NCBI GenBank assembly: GCA_964247055.1
Contig: OZ176050.1
Span: 15,128,001-15,192,000 of the forward strand
Source: Paragordius varius
Lineage: Eukaryota; Animalia; Nematomorpha
Direction: 5' to 3'
Length of the DNA stretch: 64,000 bases
This document shows, piece after piece, positions 1-12,962 of the stretch. The notes beneath the pieces were generated by a model. The model saw nothing but the letters and a program-made list of their open reading frames with translations. It was not told where the DNA came from and made no database searches. Both the position numbers and the translations under genes were made by a program. Each line of letters begins with the position of its first letter. The first letter of the stretch is position 1.

Positions 1-33
1 TTTTTAATTCTTTTACTGTGTAACTTATTTTAG

Positions 34-3000
34 TTTTCGACGTTACACCTTTCAGACAACTTGGATGATGAGATTTCGTGGTTTTCACAAAAAGATTCCA
101 TGATTGAACGATTAGCGCTTTTCTGCCAAACTGAGTCTGAGGGAGTCCTTGAAACTCTAAATAAAGACATCACATATCAGGCTCAGCAAGAAGATGTAAA
201 TAATATGCTTTAGTTTTTTGAATATGTGTTTCATCTTTTTGCTAAATACGTTTTTATATATTCTATAAATACCATTTTTCAGTCAAAAGCAATATTTTTT
301 ACAAGCAAAGACAACTGAAATGTTGCATTTGTTTAGAAATTGTTGCTTTTGATTGAAAAATAGTATATATAAAACATGGGAAATAATATATAATTGTATC
401 TTGTAAAAAGTTATTTAATATGCCGCGTAAATTAAATATTGTTTTTTTTTATAATGTTTTTCCTATTTTTGGATAATAACGTCGTAAAATATAAAGACAA
501 GTATTTATTTTTAAACAAACTTATTTTTTTGAATGCAAAATATGGAATATGGATGTACATTGGTAACACAATCAATTATGTTTACTTACAATATCAATTA
601 AAAACTCTGTATATAGGAAGAAATAAGGTTTAAACAGTTAAAATTAAACGGACCAAACATAAAAGACAAATAATTATATATATATATAAGATAACTGAAC
701 TTTTTTTACCCTTAGTTCCTATATAAGGTATTTGATTATAAAAAAATGTAGAATTCATTGTGTTAGTAATATATATACATCTCTATTTCACACTTTGCCA
801 TTTTAAACAATGAATTTTATATATAAAAATCAAAATTTTAAAAGTTTGGTTGCCTTTTAGAATATAAATATTGTCCGTATATTTTTACGGCCATTATAAA
901 CTATATGTTTTATGAAAAATCAAGATTTAAAAAGTTGGATTGTCTTTTAGAACATAAATATTGTCCGTATATTTTTTGTTTTATGAAAAAATCAAGTTTT
1001 AAAAAGTTGGATTGTCTCATAGAACATAATTATTGTCCGTATATTTTTACGTTTTGTCCTTTGTCTCAATTTTAATTTTCTAATGTTATAGGATGATCCC
1101 GCTCAGGAACTTTTACAACAAATTGTTTCACAAACAAATCCTGAACACTCCAAACAAGAACAAGAACAGAATGGGCGGGAATTCGTTAAAGAAACGACAA
1201 AAATCGATTTATTCTCAAAATGTAAATTCTTTTTGAATCGTGAAACGCCGAGAGATGCCCTCACCTTCGTTATCAAGTATGTGAAATTTTAGAAACTTTT
1301 TTTTGTTATCAATCACACAGTTTAATGTTAAAATCTTTTACTAGGTGTTTGTCAACATTTTATGGCTATTTGGGGGGCAGTTTTATTTCCCAAGGCCATT
1401 TAAAATTCAAATATCTTAAAACTGAATTTTTAGCTTTGGGCTTAATTTTAAAATACGCTTTTCTTAGCCTTTTAAGCGCATGATTTTCAAAAAAGATGTA
1501 AAATTGTATATAAAATTCAAATCTTTTTTACCGCCATTTAATATTTTTTTGAATCCTGAATACAAAATGCCAATAAATGTAAATTATGGTTGAAATATAT
1601 AAAGAATTATCTTTAGAAAGATTTCACATTGCAATTTTTTAGCAAATTTTTGGTATTTTTCGATTTTAATATCAGCTGTTTGCTTCAATTGTGTTTTGAC
1701 CTGGACTCTATAATTTAGGACTCTTAGAATCCTATTTTGTTATCTAATTCGGGAGAGAATAGAGTTTGATTGGTTAATTAAATTTTAGCCAAAACAAGTT
1801 TTAAAACAGTAGTTAATTTACTATTTAAAATGTCATTGAGGACAAAAAAATAAAATGTTATGTGGTTTCAATTTTTAATTTTACACAATTAAATGAAAAT
1901 TTAATAATGCATTGATTAAAGTTAAATCATTAAATAAACAGGAAAATTATTAAATAAAAAGGAAAATGTCACGTGTAATGAATAATAACTATTATTTCCC
2001 GACTAAAATACTTATTATAAATTTTTTTAATCATTCATTAACTTTGAACTAAATGACAAAATTTCAATTTATGAATAAATAAACCTTTAACTTTCAATCG
2101 TTTTTACCTATAATCGATTGAACAATATTGTGAATTTGTTTTAGATGTTTTGGGGGTCAAGTGTCTTTGCCTTATGGGCCCGGATCTCATTTGTATTCGG
2201 AAGCTGATGAAAGCATAACACATCAGATCGTTGATCGAACAATCAAAGATTTCCCCTACAAAAACCGGTATTTTGCTTACGATTTAAAAAAGTACAAACT
2301 ATATCAACTCTTAAAGGAGTTGGTTACTTTGTTTTAGTGTGATTGAATAATTTACCAATTTATTGGTTTTTTCAAACTAAACTTTCATTTTTAACATTTA
2401 TTGTTCGCTAAATATAATTCATAATTAATTTCTTTTTTTATAAATCTTTTTGTTTTTCACGCATTATTAAAAGACGTCCAAAATGACATGTTTTGTTTGT
2501 TGGGAAATTATACTAGACTTAATCGATTTAACTTAAAAATTTAAATTACATAGACAAAACGTAAAAATATTTTTTCAAAAAACAACCATACTTTTTTATA
2601 AACCTTAATTTTTCCTCTATAAATTAATTTACAATTGTAAAATATATAATTGTGATTGTGGTAACAATTTACATCTTTCTTACTTTGCAATTTAAAACAA
2701 TAAGTTATAGTTATAAAAATAATTTAATAAATTACAGCAGTCTTAGAAAAAAATATTTGTCTTTATGTTTTTACCTTTTGTCCGTAAAATTTTAATTTTC
2801 ATTGTAACCAAAAGTAAATAAATTATTAAAAACGAGTTAAATAAAATGCATTTTTATATATATATGAAAAAAAACTAAAACTAAATAGAGTTTACATTCA
2901 ACCTCAATGGGTATTTGATTGCGTCAATTCGAATCAACTATTACCGACTGCCCCATACTTTGCTAATGTTAAGGAATTACCCGCTCATCTTTCCCCCTTT

Positions 3001-4083
3001 TATCATTTCACGTCGCCAGAAATAATCTCAAATAGCGATGAAAATGCCCTCAAAGATTTATCGGTAATAAATAAATTGCAGAACAAGTAACATTACTAAA
3101 GGCGAACGGTTTTAAACACGAATTTTTACAGTTAAACTAAAAAGACCAATATTTTTTATAAAGACAAACATTAACCACTTATGGGTTGCGAAATCAGGAA
3201 CAAAGATTTTGATACTCAATTATATAATAAATCCTAATCAGTTAGAAATTAAAGTAAATTCAAAGTTTTAAAAAGTAAACTATCTTTATAAGTAACAATC
3301 ATTCTCTCTCACATTGTTTTGTTGCCTCTCTCCCATGTGCGCGCACATAAATATTAATATAATTACTATGCATTTTATACAAGTTTTTTAGAGTAATGCT
3401 GTATGTATGATATATATGCAAATAATATAGACAAAAGACAAAAATGTTTTGAGGCGCAAACATGATGATATTGTATTTGCTAATAATGAAAATAAAGGCG
3501 AAACCAAAAAAACTACTCTTTCACAACTCAAAAAAATGAAAAGCGAGTCTGGACTCGTCGCTCCTCTCAAGAAGAACATGAAGCAAATGCTTGCACTCGA
3601 AGGAGAACGAGAAACTGAAAGGCTGAGAGAACTCATGATCCCTAAAAAACAGCGACGTCTTTACGCCAAAATGAAGCAAGTCGAAAAGTATCGACGCAAA
3701 GAGGTTTTACTCCTTAAACTTGAGTATTTTTATTTTTAAGGAAATTTTTAAACATATAATTGAAAATGACTAGATCATCCGAAATATTTTGTAATTTGAT
3801 AAAGTTTTTGCTCTTAAAATGTTGGAATATAGCGGTGTTTTGCTTTCTGTACAAAAATTAAAATATACTTATTATAATTTCATCAAAACTCATTAATATT
3901 AAAATAATATGTGAGCAAATCTGTAGATTTTAAAAGTTTTATTTGATCCCTTTTTGGCGACATTCAAAACCTTTTGAAAATAACTAATTCTATCAAAATA
4001 TATTTATATTCTTCATAATTTTCTATATTTTTTGAAAGGTTGAAACTTTGAGAGCCAAGAAACGCAAATTATCCAAAATGTGA
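34..4083 (+). CDS. PES1: Pescadillo homolog (ribosome biogenesis, BRCT domain), 5'-truncated by the window. Exons about 34-195, 1092-1276, 2145-2267, 2889-3063, 3431-3703, 4039-4083
   Basis: GT-AG exons join in phase. They give [30 protein letters not shown]...SITHQIVDR...[13 protein letters not shown]...LPAHLSPF (pescadillo BRCT region) and the C-terminus [19 protein letters not shown]...[17 protein letters not shown] at 4081-4083. Confidence 0.93.
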
Positions 4084-5402
4084 ATGGTGGCAAGGAAAAC
4101 AAAGGATTATAATAAAACTTTATTGACAAAAATAAATAAATAAATAAGTAAGATTGCAATATCGTATAAAATTATTATTTTGGGTTGATTGAGTTGTATA
4201 CCAAACAATGTAGTTTGCGATATTCTTCCAACTAAAAAAAAGTTATGGAATGAAAAAAAAAGCAAAATCTTACTATTAAATTGTATTCCAACAAAATTTT
4301 TGACATTTGACACTTCTCTACGGCATATGTTTTGAGTTGAAGTCTGGAGACAGAGCATAATATATCCAATTCAGTCTTTAGATTTCTTTGCACACATAAA
4401 ATTTATTTTGTTAGCGATTTAAAATATAAAATTGATTTATGATATTGGGCAAAATTATATGGATTCTATAAGTAGACGATGTTTTTTCTTGAAAAATATC
4501 AATTCAAACCCCTGAAATTTCCAAGGGTCTAATGTGTTTTTGGTTTTTTTTATTGCCAAAAAACGGAAAATATATAAAATATAGTTAAAAAATAAATTTA
4601 ATGAATTTATAATGCATTTGAATGTATGAAGCAAACTTAATTTTTAACTGTTTTATTATTTAATATTTTGGAATTTACAATGTTAATAAGATTTTTTATT
4701 TACACAATGTCAAATATAAAAAACAAAATAAATATTTTGCTAAATATATTAAAAACCGCAATTTTTACCTTTATTTATTAAAATATCCGAAATTAAATAT
4801 TATAATAATTAACAATGCAAAACGTAAAAAACAAAAACCATCTAAAATCTATAGAAATTTCACAAACTTATATATATTTACCTGTGTTTTTTTATTTATT
4901 ATTAGAAACTAATATGTATAATTGAAAATTATATTTTACCAAAACGTTTCATATAAATAAAATTACTTTAATTTTGTTATGGAGTCGGATGTCAGAGAAT
5001 TGAATAGTTGATTAATTGCATTTATATAATTTTGGGAGTCGTTTATGTTGTCGTAAGCTTTAAAATAAATAAATATATCAAACTTTCTAATACTAATTCT
5101 TTCTTTAAAACATCAAAATGATCAAACACTCCGCCATCCTTGTCAGAAACTAATATATTAAAAAAACGAAAATACCAATATCCAAAAAATATATTAGATA
5201 CTCCGGTAAATTATCATATGCATGAAATATTTTTACAATAGTATCAGTTATCTTATTGTTAAAAAATTATTAAACTGGTTTCTTTATTTTGCAATCCGAA
5301 TGTTCCAATAGATTTTCAATATCCTGAACGTCTTTTTCGAAACAGGCTAAACTTTTTTCAATATCCATGCGTGTTTTAATACATTCATAAATTATTTTTG
5401 AC

Positions 5403-8400
5403 ATGACGAAAGACAAGGAAAATCAAAATCAACCATTACCCTTGATTGGAAGATTTGGAACTTCATTAAAAATTGGAATCTTAGGTCTTCCTAATGTGGG
5501 AAAATCAACTTTGTTTAATGTTTTAACCAAAAGTCAAGTTGCGGCAGAAAATTATCCATTTTGTACCATAAACCCCAATGAAGCCAGAGTAAATAACTTA
5601 TAATTTTAGAGGTTCCTGTGCCAGATTCTCGTTTCGATAAGCTTTGTGAAATTTATAAACCAATCAGCAAAGTTCCGGCATTTTTAACTGTCCTTGATAT
5701 CGCCGGATTAGTTAAAGGTTATAATATAATAAAATACTAATATAAATGTTTATTAATGAAGAATTATAAATAAGCCAGCGTATACATGAATTTAACACTT
5801 TTTATCCCATTTGAGGCAGTTTAATTCAAATTGATTTTAAATTTAATTATTTTGTAAGTATTTCATGGGCTTTTATAAATATAATTTTTTTACATTTAAG
5901 CAAATAATATCACTATTTTATAATTTATCGCTTATACAATAGGCAAATAAATGTATATAAATTGTTAAAATGTAAATTATTAGGTAAAAATTTAATAAAA
6001 TCAAAATTAAAGATAAAAATATAAAAAGACAACCATATAAATATTGATATTTCCAATACCGGGATTACAATTTTAAAATATCTGTTTTTTTTCTGGTTTG
6101 TTAGTATAATCATTTATTGTGTTATACATGAATGTTTTCCACACTTATTTTTTAAGAGTTGCATTACTATACCATTTACAATTCAAAATGTTTTTTAAGA
6201 TTAAGAACACCTATATTTTTTTATATTTTTTGCAAATAAAAGTTTTAAATTAAAATAATACTGAAAAATAATAATGAGTTATATTAGTTTTAAAAAATAA
6301 AAATTATTTTTAGGGTGAATTTAAATTTTTCGAGGGTGATTTTAACTGTAAATAATATATTAGATACCTAACCCTTCATAAAATTATAATAGATTGTTTT
6401 TATGTAAATTTAAGTTATTTATTTGCTAATTTTGGGCAGACTTTGTATGCAAAAACATTAGTTTATTTAAACAAAATTATTTTTTATATAAAAAAAGTGT
6501 AAAATGTTAAATTTAATTAAATTTTAATCATTTATATTAAGACTTTTATGTTTTAAACGGTTAACCACATTTTGTTTGGTTTAATTACAATATTTGTGGT
6601 AATGATGACTATATTTTTAAGCAGCGGTCAGACCGGTTTTAATATTATGACTGACCAGTACAAAAATTTGTTCTGATTCGCTATTTTAGATTTATTTTTG
6701 CTTACATTGCTTTTAAAAGAAATTTTTATCAATTGAGTTTTTAAGTTTTGTTTTATTCCAATTTTAACCATGTATTGTTATGTGTTGTATCGAATTTGAT
6801 TTTCTAGGCGCCTCAACGGGACAAGGATTAGGAAATGCGTTTCTTTCCAATCTTTCTGCGTGCGACGCCATTTTCCACGTCGTCCGCTGTTTTGCAGACG
6901 ACACTGTCGTCCATGTTGAAGGTAACGTGGATCCGGCACGTGATCTCGAAATCATCTCTGAGGAATTACGTCTCAAAGACATAGAATTTATCAATAAACG
7001 GTATAATATGGAAAGGCATGCGTTTTAAAACCATTTGACATAATGTTTGTCCTTTTGAAAGCGTAAATTGATTTTAATTACAAAAACTAAATAGAAAGAA
7101 TTTACCTTATCTTTAATTAATTAAATATTTAAAATATTAGTCTCCTATTACATTATTTTGTAATTTTTAATTTGAACAGTATATAAATTGCTTTTTGTAT
7201 TACAAAAAAAGTGTTTATAAGGACAAAACTTAGTGTGTTATTAATTTTTGAGCCTAAATTAAACTTATTTTTTTGACCTATATTGCAATTGTGGAATATA
7301 ATATAAGATTGAGTATGTTGGTGATTGAGAATTCTGTTCCTTATTACATAACCAAAAACGATACTTTTTATATAAAAAAATACGGTAAAAATTTGTCTTT
7401 AAAAATTATAATGTTTGTGTTTATAATTAATTATCAATTTACATTTCCATTTTTTTCATTTTTGGAATTACAAAACGAACACAATTTTCTTTTTTTCGAA
7501 ATACAGTAAAAATTGAAAATTTAAAAATATAAAGATTTTTTTCTAAAAGACAACCATATTTTTAATCTATTTAGTTACAATTGTAAAATATAGAATCAAT
7601 TGTGTTATATATATATACCACTATTTCACACTTTGCCATTTAAAACAATAAGTTATATTGTAATATATCACGATTTATTAAGTATGGCTGTCTTTTAGAA
7701 ATAAAAAAATTTGTTTTTATATTTTAACATTTTGTCCGTAAAAATTTAATTTTTTTACTGTATTCTTTCGTAATTTTTAATTTTTGATTTCATATGTAGG
7801 ATCGAGGGAATGGAAAAAATTTGTCTTTATATTTTTACGATTTTGTCCGTAAAAATTTAATTTATATGTGGCTGTCTTTTAGACGTAAAAAAATTTGTTT
7901 TTATATTTTTACGTTTTGTCCGTAAAAATTTAATTTATTTTACTGTATTCTTTCGTAATTTTTAATTTATTTCATATGTATGTAGGATTGAGGGAATGGA
8001 AAAAACTGTGAATCGCGGGAGCACAACAAACCCCGAACTTAAAAAACAAAAGGAAGAATTCGATATTCTTTGCAAACTGAGGGACATTTTACAAAAAGAC
8101 GCTAAACATTTACGACTCTTCAAAACTGATTGGACTGAAAAGGAAATTGATGTAATTGCAACCAAAACACAAAATTTTTTTTTTCCTTTAAATAGACCGT
8201 TTTGTACTTTAACACTTTTGATGATTTTCATAAAGATAAGTTATTGTTTTATATAAATGTCAAACATACGTTTTTAATTGATTTTACCTTATTTTTAATT
8301 GTTTACAATAAATAGGCTGTTATTATATTAAGGCTTAGAAAAGTATGGGGTAGTTTTTTGAAATAAAATATTTGTTTTTATATATATACGTTTTGTCCGT

Positions 8401-11400
8401 CCATATAATTTCATTTTTTACTCTTGTTTATATTTAAAATTCCACGGTCAGTATCTGAATTCTTTCTGTATTTTCCTAAATGAATTAGATTCTGAATAAA
8501 CACCTGTTTCTGACAGCTAAACCAGTGATTTATCTGTTGAATATGTCAAGTTCAGATTATACGCAAAAGAAAACGACCAAGAATGTCGCAAAAGCTGTTA
8601 AATGGATTAAAAGCAATGACACCCCGACTGCCATCATTATTCCATTTAGCGCGCAGTTTGAGGCACAATATTTCGAAACGCATTCTTCACAAGGTTATTA
8701 ACTTATTTAGACAAAACTTAAATATATAAATACAAATGTTTTGATTTTGATTTTTTTTAATAAATGAATTGCAAAGTATGGAATAGTAATGTATATTGGG
8801 AACACAATCAATTAATTAAGTATATAAATATTGTAATCTAATAATTTATGTTGGAAAAATCAAGGTATATAAAGTATTGTTTTTGAAACGTATTCTTCAC
8901 AAGGTTATTAACTTATTTTAGACAAAACTTAAATATATAAATACAAATGTTTTGATTTTGTTTTTTTAATAAATGAATTGCAAAGTATGGAATAGTAATA
9001 TATATTGGGAACACATAATCAATTAATTATGTATATAACTATTGTAATCTAATAATTTATGTTGGAAAAATCAAGGTATATAAAGTATGGTTTTCGAAAC
9101 GTATTCTTCACAAGGTTAATCTTACTAACTTAGTTTTACAGTAAAAACTGGAATATAAAAAAGATATTTTTGCGGGTGTGAATTTTATTTTTATAAGGAA
9201 TAACTTAATATTTTAAATTGCCGAGTATGTAATAGAAGTATATATTAGGAACACAATCAATTAATTATGTATAATTGTATTCTAATAATTTATGTAGGAA
9301 AATAAAGGTATATAAAGTATGGTTGATGCCTTTTGAAAAGGAATATTTGTCTTTTGTTTTTAGGTTCTGACCAAATAATTTTAATTTTTACTGTAACTTT
9401 AACAGTAAAATTAGATTGGATTTATACCGACATGCAAAACTTAAGCTTTTTTTTCTCAAATACAACCAACCATACTTTCATAATATTGAATTGTTTTAGG
9501 TTGCAAAATAAGAAATAGAGATGTATATTGGTAATACACTTAATTATATATTTTAAAAGCGTAATTACAAAGTTTCAACACATAGGGCTGTTTCATTATT
9601 TGCTTTTAGTTTTACGTCTTTTTATTCAATTTTCATTGTGTTATCGGGACATATCGTAATAAAATTTAATCAAGAACTGACTTTTGGGTGATAAAATTGT
9701 TTCAATAGTTTTTATAACTACTTAGCAGCAGCATACAATAATATTTATCTTTTTTTTCTTAGATGTTGAAAACGGACTTAGAGGCCTTCAATTAAATTCC
9801 TCATCTCAGAATGAAACTCCAGCAGTAGAAACTGAAAGTGAAAGTGTTAGTGTCTTACCCAAAATAATTGTGACGGGGTTTCGGGCTCTCCATCTCCAAT
9901 ACTTTTTCACAGCTGGTCCGGATGAGGTTAAGGCTTGGGTCGTGTCCGAAGGCACAAAAGCTCCTTCCGCCGCGGGAAAGATTCACACGGCTATGGAAAA
10001 GGGGTTCATTATGGCTGAAGTCATGTCTTACGATGATTTCATCTCACACCAAGGCTCTGAACTCGCCGTCAAAGCTGCTGGAAAGTATCGACAACAGGTG
10101 CAAATATTTGCTTTCTTTATAAAAATGAAATTTTCCCCAAAGATAATCATATTTTATTAAAAGACAGGATTATTATTTTTTTATAATTTAAAAGACATGC
10201 ATTATTATAATTTTTTAAAAAATGAAATTTTACATAAAGTCAACCATATTTTTTTAAAAGACAAGCATTATTTTTTTAATATTATAAAACGGTTGGAAAG
10301 TATAGACAACAGGTACAAATATTTGCTTTTACCAAAAAATGAAATTTTACATAAAGACAACCATATTTTTCCAAAAGACAAGCATTATTATTTTATAATT
10401 TTTTTTGTAATAATATAAAAGACAAGCATTTTATTATTTTTTTAATATTATTTTTTATACTAAAAGACCATTATTATTATTATTTTTTTGAAAATTATAT
10501 TTCACAAGACAATCATTATTGTTATTATTTTTTTTAATAATTTAAATGGCAAGCATTATTATTTTATAATTTTTTTTAATAATTTAAAAGTCAACCATAT
10601 TTTTAAAATTTGATTTTATTAAATATTATTTATCGTTTTGCGTTTCGGTTATCAAAAAAATAGAAATGTAAATTGTTCACATATATTCAATTTTATATTT
10701 CAAAATTGCAATTAAATAGTATATGTAGGAAAAATCAATTGAACAAGTTTGGTTGTCCTTTGTAAAATTTTGTCTTTTGTGTTTTTCTGTATAATATTAA
10801 ATTTTACTGTATTTTATTAAAAAAGGCGAATGCAACATTACTTTTTAACTCTTTTCCTTTAAATATAGTTTACATCGTTTAGTGTGCATTATAGTTTAAT
10901 CACAGGTAATCTTGACCTACGGTTTTTATTGCTTTTGAAATTTAATGTTAGACTACCACTCTATTTTGTTAAATACCGAGAGTTGGGGCGATAGATTATA
11001 ATATATACACATATTGAATTAAAAATATTCTACAGATCTGATATTTGAAAAAACACTAATATAAAATGTTTAAATTTAATATATTTATTATTTTGTTCAT
11101 TGTGAGTGTTTTATACCTACAAACTTGTGTTTGGAAGGGTGTTTCTAACTTTCGTTTATAATTACCCAGGGATTAAAATATAAATCAGGGATCGAAATAT
11201 CCTATGATGACAGGGGTGGTTAGCAATATCATTTATAAAAGTTGAAAATTGTATATGATTTTTATTAATTAATGCTATTCAAAACTATAGAATTTAATAT
11301 GGCCAACAAATTATATATTTTTCTTTTTATTATTTCCAGGGTCGGAATTACGTGGTTCAAGATGGAGATATAATCTATTTTAAATTCAACGCGGGCGCTG

Positions 11401-11429
11401 GCTTGACTGCCTCAAAGGACAAAAAATAG
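5403..11429 (+). CDS. OLA1: Obg-like ATPase 1 (OLA1/YchF), 426 aa. Exons 5403-5588, 5612-5717, 6808-7000, 7986-8151, 8489-8693, 9763-10097, 11340-11429
   Basis: P-loop [54 protein letters not shown] domain [13 protein letters not shown]...GFIMAEVM, and C-terminal [17 protein letters not shown]. Exon phases are consistent (1281 nt in total) and the gene ends at TAG 11427-11429. Confidence 0.97.
5589..5611 (+). other. 23-nt GT-AG micro-intron in OLA1
   Basis: Removing GTAAATAACTTATAATTTTAGAG joins NEAR to VPVPDSRF, restoring the conserved OLA1 motif. Unspliced, the frame stops at TAA 5601-5603. Confidence 0.85.
8668..9330 (+). repeat. ~210-bp tandem duplication copying the OLA1 exon-5 end and donor site
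   Basis: GAAACG(C/T)ATTCTTCACAAG|GTT occurs at 8693, 8903 and 9114. Confidence 0.85.
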
Positions 11430-11689
11430 ACATTAATCAACAAATGCAATCAATAAATTTTTTACATTAAATTTGTTTTTTACTATCATTTTATTTTTCA
11501 CAAATAGAATCAAATGAAAAGGTCCTTTTCAGATAGCGTTTAAGCGGCGAAAAGGGGAAGGGACTATTGCATTAGAAAATTTATAAAATGTTTTTTTAGC
11601 AAATAATTCGCGTTTTAACTGAAAGTTGTTTTTTAAGAAAAGAGCTGATTATAATTTAAATATACATATATGGGTTGTTGGGTAAATTT

Positions 11690-12600
11690 AGCGGATACCT
11701 TATTGAAAAATTAATCGGACAGGCCAGAGAATAAGCATCAAGAACAAATATTAAAATTACATCTATACGTATAACTAAATATTGCTCATAAAAATATTCA
11801 TAAGATAAGGGCAACAAGATTCGTCAACCCCTATTTCATCCGATATTAATAAAATCCAAATCCCATGTGTGGATTGGGATTGTGTGTAGCAATAGTTTTT
11901 TTTACCAAACATTCCCGAATAATATAATAAAATAGTCTGCAAAAGCTAGAGTTTTTTGAGCTGTTAAGAGATTCAACTTGTGTCAATTTAACAGACCTAA
12001 TGAGCAATCCACATATAAATAGAAATTCTTCGATACGGGTGAACAAAAACATCTAGATACAGAAGGTATCATTGAAAGTTTTTATCGTTTGATGGTTCTA
12101 GGTAGTAGATTTATATGAGAGGGAGCTCTGATAAATAATTGTATTGGTTAAATTAGGTGTGTTAGATGCAGATTTCCGCGCCTAATTACCAATCAAGCAT
12201 ATTTCTCGTATAAAACTTTACGTCACCTTACAACGGGTAAATAGCAAACAACACGTAAAAATACCCAAGCATTCGCCAACCATGAGTGAATTGAAGTATT
12301 TTTTCGACCTAAGGAGCACATTGCGAATCGATATAAGATCTAAAGTTATTTATTAAAAAATTAACGGGGTCGTTCTGACAACGAGCCTACTGCCAAAGCC
12401 AGCCTTTCTAAATTTTTATCAGTAGGAATATCAAAACATTGTTTTAAGAGAGGATTACACTCACAACTAATAGATAATAATATTAAAACCAACCAAATTC
12501 TACTCCAAAAGATGTATCTCGGAATTGCCCAGACACAGCTAGAACATATTAAAGGCCAAATACAGACTGGTCAGTTTTCAAACATTTCAGTCCAATGAAA
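11690..12600 (+). mobile_element. Possible, heavily decayed Penelope-like retroelement fragment
   Basis: Less AT-rich than its flanks. Broken frames give GNKIRQPLFHP and KIQIPCVDWDCV*, reminiscent of the Penelope GIY-YIG onset (xNTLRQLLxxPK...YKIPCxDCxxxYIG). Many stops; weak resemblance only. Confidence 0.25.
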
Positions 12601-12962
12601 TATTGTAACTTTAATAATTTATATTTATTTAAGTATACCTATCAAAATATCTATTAATTGATCAAACTGTAACGATTCGTTCGTTATGAAATTTGAAATC
12701 GAGTTCATATATGAAACGGAGTAGTATTATATTTTAACCCGCTCAGCTATTTTTAAAGTTTTAAATGTTTTGGTGCAGAAGTTTTAACCCCTTACATGAT
12801 AAAAAATCTCATAATATTTTGTGGATTTAGATTTAATACCGGATATTTATTTTCTTATACTATATCATATAAATGATAAATTTGCATTTTTATTTAGCTA
12901 GTTGTATAATTTAATTATAAACACTCTTTCCAACCCATATATATCTCAAACCAGCGATGTCT

